Under the pieces are notes generated by a model. It was given only the letters and a program-made list of their open reading frames with translations, was not told where the DNA came from and did not search any database. The position numbers were made by a program, and so were the translations under genes. Shown in pieces: positions 39,432 through 51,215 of a stretch of DNA of 64,000 nucleotides; within the stretch, counting starts at the first letter, position 1, and each line of letters begins with the position of its first letter. This DNA is from Escherichia phage vB_Eco_F22, in sequence record OP870143.1. One strand, written 5' to 3'.

Positions 39432-41384
39432 TTACCGATTTTGTCTTGGTTGCATATACTCGGGCAGTCCTTGTGCCTGACGTAAGTATCGTGCAGCACG
39501 CTCTTCATCTTCCTTGGCTCGTGCCCTGTCCACACTAGCCTGTGACTGGAAACCTCTTGGAGCCAGGTTAGCTGGGTCAGCTTGAACTTGTGCCTGTGCA
39601 GCTTGGAGCATTGCAGCAGCTTTAGTAACAGCTTCCTGTCTTGCAGGTAACAATGCAGTAAGACCTGTTTGTCCGGTGTTAATCTTATTCTGGGTATTTG
39701 CCAGTGCAGCTACAGCAGCATCATATGCAGTCTGTGCTGCCTGAATATTCTGCATAGCTTGAGCACGACCCAGGTTACGAACACTACCTTCCAGTGGCTC
39801 TCCCCGTTTCACACCCTCAATTAACTGTTCTACCTGACGGTCATTAAGACGCATACCATTACCGGCTTCATTGGTAATGAGTGGGTTAATTGCATCAATA
39901 GCACGGCTAATATAACCCTCTGGTACACCGGTCTGTGCACGTTGCATAACAGCAGCAGCCATAGCTGGTGACATATTCCCACGTTGAGAAATATCATTCA
40001 GTCGGTTCAGTACCCAGTTACGGTCAGCACCTTTAAAATCACCCTCCAACAGACGGTTAGCAATCTCACCTACTGGGGTATTATCAGTGACAGTACCGAG
40101 GAAGTCTGTATTAAGACTACCGGTGTTATCCTGCATAGAACGAGTACCAATCATACCGGTAGCCAGAGTAGATACTGCCTGATTACCAACCATAGCTAGT
40201 GGGTCAGCCCCCACTTCTGCTTGGGCAATAACAGGTTTAATCTGTTCCCAAGTCATATCCTTATAAGCACCCGGAGTAGAGTTAGGCAGAGCAGCCCAGG
40301 TATCTTTAAGGTTGCCATTCTTACGGGCCTCGAAGATAGCCTTACCAATCTTATCCTGGTTCTCAGGAGAAAGAGGCTGGCTTTGCCAATCTGAACCAAG
40401 AACTTTGGGAGCGAAGTCTTGCAGAGTAGCTTGGTTAATCTGGAATGCACCAACAGGTGAAGCACCCTGGTTCGTCTTCATACCTTCTTGATGCTTAACT
40501 ACATCACCAATACTCATTTGAGTAATAGGAGTAGAAGTACCAGCAAACTGGTAAGTAACATCATAAGGGGAACCCTGACGTGTACCAGCAGTACCCGGAG
40601 CAGATGCAGCACCCACACCATTACCGTATACACCCGGGTAAGCACTAGCCAGTAATCCCTGCAAACGTGCCTGTGCAACCGGGGACAGGTTCTTACTATA
40701 TGCTTCTGCCAACAGACGGGCATCATTAGGGTTCTCAGCACCACGGGTAATCTGTGACATTACACCCATAGCAGCCTGACTATCAGCATCATTACGCTGA
40801 GCAACACCTAAATCAAAACGATTCTGAGCTTGATTAATAGCCTGACCACCCTGACCTTGAAGACTACTCAGCATGTCCAATTGCTGGTTAGCAGGGAGTG
40901 CAGACAATGCATCACGGGTCTGACTTAATGCAGCATTAATACGGTTCTGGTCACCGGACTGATAAGCCTCAGACAGTAAACGAATAGCAGGGGAAGCATT
41001 ATCTAATGCAGAGTTAGTATCCTGCAAACGTCCAAAGATATAAGCATTGTAGTCATTGGTTCCCTGCTGACCTTGTTGAGTCAGTAATGTACCTGCTCTC
41101 TCGTCCAGATTCTGGAGAGTACGCTGGTTTATCAGTGAAGGGTCAACCCCCTGAAACAATGCACCAGATGCTAAAGCATTACGGTACTCATTCGGGTCTT
41201 GATACTGCATAGCATTCATCATGACGGCATTGCCAGCCTCCTGCTTGGCAGCGTTCTGGAAATTACCCAGTGCATCACTTAAGCCGGAGGTGGCGTTACC
41301 AATCATGTTGCCAAATGTGCGAATGCTGTCACCAACTCCAGAGAAGTTAGGTGCATCAACATTTCTCCACGTTATCTGAGCCAT
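39432..41384 (-). CDS. virion protein (N4 gp51-like by position)
   Basis: 650-aa Q/A/N-rich protein immediately upstream of the vRNAP gene. Confidence 0.55.
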   Translation of the reverse strand: MAQITWRNVDAPNFSGVGDSIRTFGNMIGNATSGLSDALGNFQNAAKQEAGNAVMMNAMQYQDPNEYRNALASGALFQGVDPSLINQRTLQNLDERAGTLLTQQGQQGTNDYNAYIFGRLQDTNSALDNASPAIRLLSEAYQSGDQNRINAALSQTRDALSALPANQQLDMLSSLQGQGGQAINQAQNRFDLGVAQRNDADSQAAMGVMSQITRGAENPNDARLLAEAYSKNLSPVAQARLQGLLASAYPGVYGNGVGAASAPGTAGTRQGSPYDVTYQFAGTSTPITQMSIGDVVKHQEGMKTNQGASPVGAFQINQATLQDFAPKVLGSDWQSQPLSPENQDKIGKAIFEARKNGNLKDTWAALPNSTPGAYKDMTWEQIKPVIAQAEVGADPLAMVGNQAVSTLATGMIGTRSMQDNTGSLNTDFLGTVTDNTPVGEIANRLLEGDFKGADRNWVLNRLNDISQRGNMSPAMAAAVMQRAQTGVPEGYISRAIDAINPLITNEAGNGMRLNDRQVEQLIEGVKRGEPLEGSVRNLGRAQAMQNIQAAQTAYDAAVAALANTQNKINTGQTGLTALLPARQEAVTKAAAMLQAAQAQVQADPANLAPRGFQSQASVDRARAKEDEERAARYLRQAQGLPEYMQPRQNR

Positions 41385-41396
41385 GATGGTTTCCTA

Positions 41397-41861
41397 TTAA
41401 CGGGTTAGTTTATTAGCTGCAATGTAAGCATCAGCTGAAGACTGGTCACGGTTCTCTGCTGTAGCACGACTACGAGCACGGTCTTCCAGTGCAGTGTTAT
41501 AAGACTTAATCTGGTTATTCAGGTTAGTGTTAGTAACACTCTTAGTAAAGTTCAACTGGTCTTTGGCTAACTTGTTAGCCTGGAAACCACTATAGATACC
41601 AGCTAAGGAACCAAGTGCACCAAGTCCTAGTTGGAAGGTGGGTACGTTCATACCCAACTGATTAGCTGAACCAGATAAGAAGGAGGTAGGGGAAGCCACT
41701 CCTGTACCTGTATTCATACCAATAGCTGCACCCGGATTATAGTTCATAGCTGGAGTATTAAAGTTTTGATTGTTATTAGACATCCAAGACATAGCAGCTG
41801 GCTGTGGGGTTTGGTTGCCTGTTAAAAATGACAAATCCATGGGGATTCTCCTGTTAAACAA
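41397..41861 (-). CDS. virion protein (N4 gp52-like by position)
   Basis: 154 aa, Gly/Asn-rich with a hydrophobic segment. Confidence 0.5.
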   Translation of the reverse strand: MFNRRIPMDLSFLTGNQTPQPAAMSWMSNNNQNFNTPAMNYNPGAAIGMNTGTGVASPTSFLSGSANQLGMNVPTFQLGLGALGSLAGIYSGFQANKLAKDQLNFTKSVTNTNLNNQIKSYNTALEDRARSRATAENRDQSSADAYIAANKLTR

Positions 41862-44496
41862 GGTCAGTATTAAGGGTCATATCAGAGTAGCTGCCAACCA
41901 TGTTTAAAGACATGTCAGCTATATCCGAACCAGTCATAAGAGTACGTGAGAGGAAAGAATCCATCGACTCCATTGACACAAATTGCATAGGGTCAATTAC
42001 ACCCTGCCCAGCAGTACCAAACATTTCTTCATACTGCTTATTGATTGCCATCATATCAGTATTGTACTGCTGCATTAAATTCTCTGCTTTCTGAATAGTA
42101 GCAGCCGTGGATGCATTAATATACTGACTAATGCCGTTACCCACTGAACTGGTAAGTTGCATGATGTTCTGAGCATTCATCATTTCACTGGCTAAGGTAG
42201 ATAAAGATGTACCAGTAGACATAGCAGTACCAACGTTCATAGCTACCATTGAAGCAACAGCAGCAATGATAAAACCTAGCTTATCACCAAAGAGTGAAGT
42301 GGATACTTTAGTGACAATAGATATCAGAATCATTGCAGCAATGGCGTTTGCTACAGCACCAACTATTACAGCAGCTAACCCAACAAAACCTAGCGATGCA
42401 CCAACTGCACCATATGCCCCAAGAATACCAGCACCACCAGTACCCATAGTAAATACGGATACAACGACAGCAACCACAACAACCACAATCTTAAAGGCAG
42501 AGGTTTGATACCACTTCTGCTTAACCTTCTTGTATGAGTTCATCACTAAGTAGGAACAAGCAGTAGACAGTTGGGTACTACGAGTCAGTGACATTGAACG
42601 GTAGATGTTAGTGTGTAGTGGAATAATGAATCCACTTTCCTCTGCATCACCCATTGCTTCGGCAACATCAATACTCACTGACTTATTTTTATATACTCTA
42701 TTGTTGTGGTTTAGTCCCAGTACTCTAAGTTTACGGTAGGTGTCATTACCATCCTGCCAAAGCAATTCATACTCCTGCATAGAATAAAACGTAGGAGTAA
42801 CTTCTAGTTTTTTGTTAGCACCAGTACGTATGTTCTTACGGGTAAGGGTTATATCCCCTGCATATCTGGCTCGAAGTTGCCCCTGCTTAGCACCAGCCCA
42901 TGCTTTACCAGAATGAGTAGTTTCAAACACATAGTTCCAACGGATGGTCATGTCATACTTATAATGCTTACTACTATGTACCCTAAACTCTCGCTTAGGT
43001 ATGACAGGGTATTCTGGTAGTGGAGGAGGTGTTCCAACAATTTGACCTTCCTGTCTGTTCCACCATTCTACGTATGCATCGACTGCATCGTTTGCTGCCT
43101 GATAACCTGCAATCACTGCTTCCAGTGTGGGGTAGGTTGGGTCAGGTGGGAATGCTTCAGTAGCCATCTGAAAGAAACGGTAGATGTATTCCTTAGCAGT
43201 ATCTTCTGGAGTGTTAAGAGATACACCGAATGTGCCATAGATGTACTGGATATCACCTATGTCGTCATTCTTCTTAAGCTCAGTAACTACTTTATTAAGC
43301 TTACCACCAGTAGCTTTATAGAGTGCCTTCTTACAGTGGGGGTAGATTGGGTCATTCTCTACCCATTGTTTATCATTCCTGATTGGAATGAATGGATAGA
43401 ATCGGTTATCGGTAGCTTCCGTTTCAAACAGTGAATCGAGTGCAACGTTACCAGAGTTCTGCTTATAGATAAGCATCTTAGGAGTACCAACAGCAGTCAT
43501 CTCAGTATCAGTACGAGTAGTCTGGGATGAGTACTTACGAACCAGTGTCTCTGTGGTTGTGGTAATTGTATCTGTGCGAGTAACACCACCACCTAAATCA
43601 ACTACATTGGTAGTTACAGTAGTACTGGATTGAACCTCACCAAACTTTGTATGAGTCATTACCCTGTCAGATACAACTACAGTTACATCATCAGGCTTCT
43701 CAGTGAACCCCCTACGGTAAACCTTAACGTAAGAGTTCCAGTTATCTACACTTGGTTCAGTAACAGTACTGTCTTCATCCGGTCTACCATCAGAGTAAAC
43801 AGAATGGGTCTGTATAGTCTTAGTAAGATTGGTTGTATTAGCTGTAGTATCGCTTGAGATAGTGGTCCACAACAAAGTAGACGGTAAGTCATCTTCATCA
43901 TCATAGACAGTAGTCGGACCTACTACCGGTGGATTGATAATAGGGGACTTATAGAATGAGTAATCAGCATAGAGATACAAAGCACCTGGTTCAAAGTTAG
44001 TAGGTGTGAATGTAATGGTAGAACCTCCATCCAGGGAGGTCATAGTAATTTCATTGGTATCTTCATCAATGTCTATATCAAATCGTTCCATAATTCGACT
44101 TGGGGCATTCTCATAAAGATACTGGTCACACCATTGCTCAAAGTCAGCAAAGCCAATCTCTGCTGCCTGAACATAGACAGATTCTCCGGCAGGTGGGGTA
44201 ATTTGACCCTCTATAACAGTAGGGTCAATCTTAGCCAGTACACCTAACGAAGAACCAGCCATACCAACTTCTGAATCATAGTGGTTCTTACTCCAGCTGG
44301 AGAACAGTCGCATACGAATACCCGGCCCATTCAGATAACTATCAGAGATAGTGTCTGCCATAGTGAATCCCGTATTGGAAACAATGTTACCAATGACTAC
44401 AGTCTTCATATAGTTTGGACGTTTGTGTATATCCCCTGCCATGTTATAGACAGAGGATGCTACGTATACTTTGGTCTTCCCACTGAATAAGCCCAT
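41854..44496 (-). CDS. large virion protein with C-terminal glycine-zipper transmembrane region
   Basis: 880 aa; C-terminal ~120 residues are Gly/Ala/Val-rich with repeated small-xxx-small spacing (IVVVVVAVVVSVFTMGTGGAGILGAYGAVGASLGFVGLAAVIVGAV). Confidence 0.55.
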   Translation of the reverse strand: MGLFSGKTKVYVASSVYNMAGDIHKRPNYMKTVVIGNIVSNTGFTMADTISDSYLNGPGIRMRLFSSWSKNHYDSEVGMAGSSLGVLAKIDPTVIEGQITPPAGESVYVQAAEIGFADFEQWCDQYLYENAPSRIMERFDIDIDEDTNEITMTSLDGGSTITFTPTNFEPGALYLYADYSFYKSPIINPPVVGPTTVYDDEDDLPSTLLWTTISSDTTANTTNLTKTIQTHSVYSDGRPDEDSTVTEPSVDNWNSYVKVYRRGFTEKPDDVTVVVSDRVMTHTKFGEVQSSTTVTTNVVDLGGGVTRTDTITTTTETLVRKYSSQTTRTDTEMTAVGTPKMLIYKQNSGNVALDSLFETEATDNRFYPFIPIRNDKQWVENDPIYPHCKKALYKATGGKLNKVVTELKKNDDIGDIQYIYGTFGVSLNTPEDTAKEYIYRFFQMATEAFPPDPTYPTLEAVIAGYQAANDAVDAYVEWWNRQEGQIVGTPPPLPEYPVIPKREFRVHSSKHYKYDMTIRWNYVFETTHSGKAWAGAKQGQLRARYAGDITLTRKNIRTGANKKLEVTPTFYSMQEYELLWQDGNDTYRKLRVLGLNHNNRVYKNKSVSIDVAEAMGDAEESGFIIPLHTNIYRSMSLTRSTQLSTACSYLVMNSYKKVKQKWYQTSAFKIVVVVVAVVVSVFTMGTGGAGILGAYGAVGASLGFVGLAAVIVGAVANAIAAMILISIVTKVSTSLFGDKLGFIIAAVASMVAMNVGTAMSTGTSLSTLASEMMNAQNIMQLTSSVGNGISQYINASTAATIQKAENLMQQYNTDMMAINKQYEEMFGTAGQGVIDPMQFVSMESMDSFLSRTLMTGSDIADMSLNMVGSYSDMTLNTDLV

Positions 44497-44497
44497 A

Positions 44498-45340
44498 TTA
44501 GTTCAGCCCGTTGTTAGACTTCAGCTTGGTCAGAATGGTATCAATACTTGCGTTAGTGAAACCATTAGGTGGGTTCAAGCCTTCATCAATAGTCTTCTGT
44601 GTAATCCATGCATCAGTAAACAGCTTAGATGCTTTAACTTCTGCATCACGTTGGTAAGAAGTAATTTGCTGAGAGTACAACTCTTTCTGCTTACCTACAG
44701 AACCAGTAACAGTAGCTCCATCACTTCGGGTATCTAGCGTCTGTGCACGTTGTGCTTCGGTCTGCTCAGTAATCAGCTTAAGCTGTTGAGGTAACATCTG
44801 GTCAGCATTAAATAATGCAGCACAGTATGTTTCAGACTCAGTAGCAATCTTCAGTTTAGTAAGAGCATACTCACTCTTAGCAGACAGTGCCTGAATCTTA
44901 GCCAGTACATACTGAGCTTTAGAAGTTGCCAGTTGAACGCGTGCAGTAACTGCCTGAATCTGTGCCATAGCAGCAGCCCAGTATGCTTGGTCACGACCAA
45001 GTAAAAACTGAACAGCATTACTCATGCACGATTCCATCATAGCAATGTATGCTTTGGTGTATTCACCACCAGTAATACGATTAGCTTTAAACTCAGCTTT
45101 AAGGTGATTGTGTGCAGATTCCATTAATGCATCAAACGTACCACTACCACCTACTTCACGGGTAGTAAGTGATTCATTTGTTACTTTAGTAATAGCATCA
45201 AAGATTGGGGAATTATCACCACCAGGGATATCCCATTCAGGACCAGACATATCAATGTCAGGGAGGGTAAAGTCATCACCCTTAGTTAACTCTTCTAGGA
45301 GTCGGTTAGCTTCTACCTCAGCAGAACAAGACATAATCAT
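44498..45340 (-). CDS. virion structural protein (N4 gp54-like by position)
   Basis: 280 aa, coiled-coil-prone central region. Confidence 0.5.
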   Translation of the reverse strand: MIMSCSAEVEANRLLEELTKGDDFTLPDIDMSGPEWDIPGGDNSPIFDAITKVTNESLTTREVGGSGTFDALMESAHNHLKAEFKANRITGGEYTKAYIAMMESCMSNAVQFLLGRDQAYWAAAMAQIQAVTARVQLATSKAQYVLAKIQALSAKSEYALTKLKIATESETYCAALFNADQMLPQQLKLITEQTEAQRAQTLDTRSDGATVTGSVGKQKELYSQQITSYQRDAEVKASKLFTDAWITQKTIDEGLNPPNGFTNASIDTILTKLKSNNGLN

Positions 45341-45410
45341 TCCTCTTGGTTCAAAAAGAAACGGCCCACGGAGTTACCCCAGTGAGCCGTGTTGAACTGT
45401 AGCTTATACG

Positions 45411-46052
45411 TTAATCGTTCAGGCTACCAGCAGCAATCTGTGCTTGAGCCAGTTGAGCCAATTCTGCTTCAGTCAGCGGAGGCAATACTTCAATGGAGAA
45501 CTCACGTGCTTCTGTTGCACGGATATCCGGTAAGCCATTCTTACCTTTGCGAGTCGTAATGTTGATGAACTTACGCTCTTTAAGGAACTCATAAATACAG
45601 TACGGAATATGATAACCATTGTCGGTGACTTCACCGAATGGAACAAACTTACGTACAGTACCCATATATTCGTTAGCTACGGTGATAATCTCACCCGGCA
45701 GGTCTTTCTTCTTAGGATCAAGGTTCTGGATACGTACACGAATCAGTCGAGTCTGTTCTGCACGAATCTTCTGACCCAGAGTCATTTTCTTAACACCTGC
45801 TTCTTGTTTTTCACCCAAAGGATTAACAGCAGTTTCTTTTACTTCTGGTTCATCTTTTGCTTGTGCAGCTTCAATCTTCTCACGGAGTTTCTCAACGGAG
45901 ATGTTGTTAGAGAACTTAATATTCATCAATGTTGCACGTTGCTTAAGAACTTCAAGTTCGCTAGGCATTGCAATATCGTTAACGGTATCTTCGTTGCCCT
46001 GTACGTCCAGTTCTACGTCAGTGGTCGGTTTATCGTTAATGCTCATGTTCAT
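45411..46052 (-). CDS. head-associated hypothetical protein
   Basis: 213 aa, directly downstream (on the minus strand) of the capsid gene. Confidence 0.5.
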   Translation of the reverse strand: MNMSINDKPTTDVELDVQGNEDTVNDIAMPSELEVLKQRATLMNIKFSNNISVEKLREKIEAAQAKDEPEVKETAVNPLGEKQEAGVKKMTLGQKIRAEQTRLIRVRIQNLDPKKKDLPGEIITVANEYMGTVRKFVPFGEVTDNGYHIPYCIYEFLKERKFINITTRKGKNGLPDIRATEAREFSIEVLPPLTEAELAQLAQAQIAAGSLND

Positions 46053-46081
46053 ATTTCCTGTGGTTCAACTAGTTTTATTAA

Positions 46082-46110
46082 GAGGGGGACTTATGTCCCC
46101 CTTGTTTTAT
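46082..46110. terminator. GC-rich hairpin downstream of the capsid gene
   Basis: gagggggac-ttat-gtccccctt; the T-tract is on the plus-strand side only, so function on the minus transcript is uncertain. Confidence 0.35.
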
Positions 46111-46119
46111 TTAGGACTA

Positions 46120-47322
46120 TTACAGAGGAGCAACAGTCTTAATCAGAGCCAGACGTTCTGGACGTTTAACCAGGATACCGTAGTACCACTTGATGGAACT
46201 GAAGCCAGTCTCACCATACGGATCATTACGGTCAGCAGTTTCTCGACCAGGCATCTTAGTCATGATGGAGAACTTAACAGACTTACCATCAGTCTGGAAG
46301 CCAATGGTAGAGAAGGAGTCATCACCAACTACCAGCATCGGGAATACGTCGTAGTGTTCTTGACCACTAACCATAGAAGAACGATAACCTGGGTTAGTAG
46401 TAACCTGAGCACCAGCACCTGCCCAATGCAGCATTTCTGGAACCTGGATAATACGGAACTTGTCGATACAACCAATCTCACCATTCATCAGAGTACCAGC
46501 ATCAGCATAGTGCTGAACCTCGATGAATGCTTTGTTACCGAACAGGTCTTTCATCGCTTTCAGTTCTGGAACCAGTTCAGAACCAACGTACATTACACGA
46601 GTACCACCAAGTACTTTGGTATCAGTAAGTTTAGAACCAGTGATGATAGTAGTCTGGGTCGGAGTACGGTTCTCAGTAAGAATCTGGTCAAGACGCATCA
46701 GGTTCTTATAAGAAACTACAGACGGGGTAGAACCTTCACCGGTGATGGTAGCATCGGAGGTAGCAGCACCTGCATACAGTACAGTACCAGCAGCAGCCAG
46801 CAGGTCTTTCTGGAGAACAGCTTCAGTCAACTGTACAGCACCGTTCATCAGTTCACGGGACAGGTGCTCTTTCAGTTGGTCGTCAGAATCAAAGTCCAGA
46901 GACTCTTGAGTAAATTCGTAGAAGAAACCGAACTTATGAATGGAACCTTCACGAGACAGACGGGTAAAGCCTACACGGTTAACACGACCACCATTCTCTG
47001 TCAGCAGAGGCAGTTTAGAAGTGATGTTACCAACGTCTCGGGAAGAACCATACAGGTTACCATTAACGATGGTAGCACCCTTAGCATCAATACCCTGGTC
47101 GTTGATGTTCTTATCATCAAGCAGTGGGACGTACTCATACACCTTAACAGTCTTACCATAGTTCTTCGGCATGTTAATGGTGTTAGCCAGTGGCATGAAA
47201 TACTGGTCTTTACGGGACTGAATAATAGCTTTCTTCAGCCAGTAATAGGTATTCATCTGGTCGGAACCAGCACCATCAATGCTAGATTTCTGGCCGTCAA
47301 TTGGGGCGTTATAGTTTAACAT
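46120..47322 (-). CDS. major capsid protein
   Basis: 400 aa; position between a scaffold-like acidic protein and the downstream head gene; size matches N4-type capsid protein. Confidence 0.7.
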   Translation of the reverse strand: MLNYNAPIDGQKSSIDGAGSDQMNTYYWLKKAIIQSRKDQYFMPLANTINMPKNYGKTVKVYEYVPLLDDKNINDQGIDAKGATIVNGNLYGSSRDVGNITSKLPLLTENGGRVNRVGFTRLSREGSIHKFGFFYEFTQESLDFDSDDQLKEHLSRELMNGAVQLTEAVLQKDLLAAAGTVLYAGAATSDATITGEGSTPSVVSYKNLMRLDQILTENRTPTQTTIITGSKLTDTKVLGGTRVMYVGSELVPELKAMKDLFGNKAFIEVQHYADAGTLMNGEIGCIDKFRIIQVPEMLHWAGAGAQVTTNPGYRSSMVSGQEHYDVFPMLVVGDDSFSTIGFQTDGKSVKFSIMTKMPGRETADRNDPYGETGFSSIKWYYGILVKRPERLALIKTVAPL

Positions 47323-47338
47323 ATCATCTTATTCCTGT

Positions 47339-48559
47339 TTAAAGACTACCCGGTACTGGGAGTTTAGCGAAATCTTCATCACTCATAGCGAGTGGGTTTA
47401 CAATAGGTGTTGCTTTACGTGTAGCAGCCCGACTAAGGGAAGCTGCTTTAGCTTGCTCACTGTTAGCCAGAGTCTGCTTAGGTTGTGCTACACGCACTAC
47501 CGGCTGAACTACTGGTTTAACTGCTTGTACCGGTTCTGGCTTAGCCACTCGGTTAAATGCCCCTTGTTGTGCAAGGAGGTTACCGACGTGGTTATAAGCC
47601 TGAATGAACGGAGTACCTACCGGAATCTGGCCTAACATCTGAAGACGGTTCACTTCGTTTGCAATGGTGTCATAAATACCATTCTCACGTTGTTCGTGAA
47701 TAGTCTGGAGTAGGCCACGATTCTGGTAAAGAGCATCTTTACTGGCAGCATCCCATGTCGAGCCGATAACACCTAATGTAGCTTGTCCTTCTTGAGTAGA
47801 CTTTAAGTCGTCAATTTCGGTTGCAAAATCTGCTTCGGTGTCGGTAACACGGTGATTGCCACCCTGGTAGTTAATTTCCTCATCTGGGTTAAAGTCCAGA
47901 GGATCTGTACCAGAGTCTTTGAGCAACTTCTTAATGGCTTCAGGATTCTTTTTATCCAGGTCAATCAGGAAGGAAAGTTTGTCCTCATCCATTAAACCGT
48001 TGTTCTGTAACATCAGCATTACCTTACGGTAAGGCTTTAGTTCTTGCATCTTACGAGTATAGTTAGCACCCATCTGCATCAGGCTAATGGCCTCCTCCGG
48101 TGAACGGGGAGTAATCACTTTGCCGTTAGCTTTAAAAGGAGCCATCAACTTTTCGTAACTTTCCTTATAGTTGAAGTCAGCAGGCAGACCTTCAGACTGT
48201 TTGCCTTCTTCTTCCTGTTCCTGGCCTGGTTCAGTAGTAGAAGGTTCAGCTTTAGTAATCGGCTCGCCGTTACTATCAACTTCTGTGTCAACAACTTTAT
48301 CATCAACTTTATCAGAAGTTAAAGGATTTGCTGAATCTTCTTCATCTGGTTCGGCTTCGGGGGAGGTTTCTTCGGTTGGTAGGTCTTCAACAGCAGGGGT
48401 GTCAACTTCTTCATCAGGAGTCTGTACGCCGTTGGTTTCTGGGTTGTTCTGAGTGGAAGTATCTTCCTCAGCGATAATTGCTGGGGCTTCCATATTCAGA
48501 ATCTCATCATCCGACATTGCGAGAATGTCGGAAGCTGTGGTTGCAGCTTCCGTAGTCAT
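47339..48559 (-). CDS. acidic head-assembly/scaffolding-like protein
   Basis: 406 aa with a strongly acidic, low-complexity N-terminal third (E/D/T/P-rich). Confidence 0.5.
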   Translation of the reverse strand: MTTEAATTASDILAMSDDEILNMEAPAIIAEEDTSTQNNPETNGVQTPDEEVDTPAVEDLPTEETSPEAEPDEEDSANPLTSDKVDDKVVDTEVDSNGEPITKAEPSTTEPGQEQEEEGKQSEGLPADFNYKESYEKLMAPFKANGKVITPRSPEEAISLMQMGANYTRKMQELKPYRKVMLMLQNNGLMDEDKLSFLIDLDKKNPEAIKKLLKDSGTDPLDFNPDEEINYQGGNHRVTDTEADFATEIDDLKSTQEGQATLGVIGSTWDAASKDALYQNRGLLQTIHEQRENGIYDTIANEVNRLQMLGQIPVGTPFIQAYNHVGNLLAQQGAFNRVAKPEPVQAVKPVVQPVVRVAQPKQTLANSEQAKAASLSRAATRKATPIVNPLAMSDEDFAKLPVPGSL

Positions 48560-48578
48560 AGGAAATATCTCCGGTTAA

Positions 48579-48923
48579 TTATTCGTCTTCAGGTTCAGCA
48601 CGAACTGCGTCGAGTTCTTCTTCTACCTGTAGAATAACGTCAGCTTCGTTTTCACCCATGCGAATAGCGAGGTCGAGCCAACGACGTAAGTGACCAGCAG
48701 CTTGAGCCATGTTCAATGCATCTGCACGGTTATTTGCTTCAAGCAGTGGGTCACCAGACTCTTGCACGTAACGTGCACAATCTTCCGTACAGAACTGGCG
48801 AAGAATTACTTTACGGAACAGTGGATTCTCCAGAAGTTTACGTACATCTTCTGCATGTGCAACTGCACCTTTAGCAGCTTCCAGTCGATGTTCCAGTCCA
48901 GCGATTGTTGATTCTTTACTCAT
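48579..48923 (-). CDS. hypothetical protein
   Basis: 114-aa ORF between portal and scaffold-like genes. Confidence 0.5.
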   Translation of the reverse strand: MSKESTIAGLEHRLEAAKGAVAHAEDVRKLLENPLFRKVILRQFCTEDCARYVQESGDPLLEANNRADALNMAQAAGHLRRWLDLAIRMGENEADVILQVEEELDAVRAEPEDE

Positions 48924-48936
48924 GTGAAGGTCTGCC

Positions 48937-51207
48937 TTACAGGTTCATGCCAAGAGCCGATGCTGGGTCTTGGCTAGGGTCATAGTATTGGGAACTAAGT
49001 GAATAAGCCGGGTCTTGTTGAGCAGCTAAATCACGTTCTGGTATAGAGTTCCCGTCAGTCAAAGTATTATATCCAACAGCAGCAGATATGTTGGGGGTAG
49101 TTTCCCCTTCTTTAATAGGTGTTGTCAATGCCTTAGTTATCTGAAGGTTCTGGTTTCCTTGGGATTGTGCTTTTTGTTTTTCCATATCACGAGCATGTTT
49201 AGTACCAGATTCCTGTTCCAGATAATCCAGGTCTTTAAGGTCACCAGCAGAAGCAGCCTCTTTAGCCTTAGCCATATTGAGTGCAATCTTACTTTGTAAC
49301 TCTTCATTCTCAAGCTGTGCTTTCTGAATTGCCAATTGCTTAAGCTGTTCTTCCATAGGGTCTGGTTGTGGTTGCCAGGTACGTAACTCATGGGCCAGGT
49401 CAGGCATACGTTTAAGTTCTGCAATCTTAGCTACAAGAGATAATGTAATAGTCTGGTCAACCGTATTACCCAATGTTTGAACCATGAAGCTCAAGTCCTG
49501 AGATTTCTGGTTATCAATTTCAGCAGTGTTAATATCAACCTCAATGTCGAAGTTACCTTTAAGGTCTTCACGGTTAATCTCTACATACTGCTCGTTAGTA
49601 ATACGTACGACTTCTTTCTCAGATAAGAACACAGCATTCATTGCACAAATCTTAGTACCAATGTCTGCCATACCTTTAGCCAATCGACGAAGGATTGCCA
49701 TCTCACGTTTGGATGCTGCATCAAGTGCACCACGAATACCGGCAGCCACATCTCCATAAGCTGAACCAGTTACACCACCAGAGAATGCTTTGACCCCAGT
49801 TAATGCTTCTGCTTCCTGGTTTTGCATCTGAGTCATTACTATTGCTGACTGAGGTAACTCAGGGAACTTATGTTCCATAATGGCCTGACTAGGATTACCT
49901 TGCATTGGGTTATATTCATAGTCTTGTCCATCGTCATATCGACGTCGGTTTAGTGTATCCAGCATCCCTTTAGGATAACCACGTTGACCATTTGCACTTC
50001 GACCTAACAGGTCAATCATCCCACGCATAGTTGCACCAAGAATTGCTTGGTTATCTCCTAACAGTTCAGCATCAGCTTCACCGAATAGCTCTCGTTTACG
50101 TGGCATGTAAGGAACAACTACCAAAGGTAACTTACCATCCGGGAAAGGGTTCTTCTCCATACGAATAAGAGTAGAGCCAATCCAGGTAGCAACAATTGGT
50201 TCCAGAGAACCATCATCATTGATGTCGTAAAATCCCCAGTACTCATAAGCAACGACTTTCTTACGTAGTGCATCCTTAAACTGGAAGTCGCTTGGAGTTT
50301 TACTCTCATGGTCTGGATCAGTCATAGGACTGGAGCTTTCCCAATCAATCTTATCTAAATTGTGGTAACGATCTTTGTTCTTCATGAGGTCTGCTTTACA
50401 TGTCTCAAACGAGATAACTGCATACAGAGCCTTATCCAAATCACCATTACAACTAGGGTCAATAACTACGTTATTAGGGTTAAGCATTTCAACGGTGGGT
50501 CTGTTAACCAGTGCCTTCTCTACTTCTACTTCAGTAACCCCAGTCTGGATTGCATAGGTAGCTTCCCCAGTTTCATTGAAGTAGTTAACAGCTTCTTTAA
50601 TATCTTCAGGCATTGTTTCATCGTACTCACGAGGATTCTCTGCCTGAAGCTGTAAAGCCTGTTGAAGAACATCTGCCTGTTCCTGGTTCTCAATTGGATA
50701 CAACTGAAATACTGGAGTTTCAGTTTTAATCTTAACAGTCTTACGTTCCCAACCAATACGAGCAATACCAGTACCGTCATCTACGACACTGTGTACGTAA
50801 TCATCTATCAGTTTCACTTTATTAAGCTGGGTACGGAATTGGTAGTTAAGAACTAATTCATTCTGACGTGCAGCTAATTCATCTTCAAAAGTAACCGGAG
50901 TTACTTTAAAGAGTTTATTAGATGAGAGGAATGGTTCAGACAATGGAGCATATCGCCACTCTGCCTGACGGCGAACCAGTCTAGGCTGGACTTGCGAACG
51001 TCCCTTAACCTTTGGGGGTTTAGCCTTACCCTTGACTTCCATCAGGTCATTCCACTCACGAATCTGTGCCATAATCGCATCGTGAGCAGGTTTAGCTGAT
51101 TCCAAATCACCCTTCAGCAATTGGATACTTGGTTCCTTCTTCCAGTCCGTTATCTTCTCTGATTGAGCCGGGTCTGGTAAAGGCTTAAAAGTGTCTTGGT
51201 GTTCCAT
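48937..51207 (-). CDS. portal protein
   Basis: 756 aa; size and position (upstream of scaffold and capsid genes, downstream of lysis cassette) match N4-type portal. Confidence 0.7.
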   Translation of the reverse strand: MEHQDTFKPLPDPAQSEKITDWKKEPSIQLLKGDLESAKPAHDAIMAQIREWNDLMEVKGKAKPPKVKGRSQVQPRLVRRQAEWRYAPLSEPFLSSNKLFKVTPVTFEDELAARQNELVLNYQFRTQLNKVKLIDDYVHSVVDDGTGIARIGWERKTVKIKTETPVFQLYPIENQEQADVLQQALQLQAENPREYDETMPEDIKEAVNYFNETGEATYAIQTGVTEVEVEKALVNRPTVEMLNPNNVVIDPSCNGDLDKALYAVISFETCKADLMKNKDRYHNLDKIDWESSSPMTDPDHESKTPSDFQFKDALRKKVVAYEYWGFYDINDDGSLEPIVATWIGSTLIRMEKNPFPDGKLPLVVVPYMPRKRELFGEADAELLGDNQAILGATMRGMIDLLGRSANGQRGYPKGMLDTLNRRRYDDGQDYEYNPMQGNPSQAIMEHKFPELPQSAIVMTQMQNQEAEALTGVKAFSGGVTGSAYGDVAAGIRGALDAASKREMAILRRLAKGMADIGTKICAMNAVFLSEKEVVRITNEQYVEINREDLKGNFDIEVDINTAEIDNQKSQDLSFMVQTLGNTVDQTITLSLVAKIAELKRMPDLAHELRTWQPQPDPMEEQLKQLAIQKAQLENEELQSKIALNMAKAKEAASAGDLKDLDYLEQESGTKHARDMEKQKAQSQGNQNLQITKALTTPIKEGETTPNISAAVGYNTLTDGNSIPERDLAAQQDPAYSLSSQYYDPSQDPASALGMNL

Positions 51208-51215
51208 AGTTATTC

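Noticed and set aside
45901-47319. 472-aa plus-strand ORF (and neighbour 45609..46142)
   Set aside because: Antisense to the capsid and head genes; Ser/Thr/Leu-heavy composition typical of a reverse-frame artefact, with no RBS and no stop-start coupling with neighbours.
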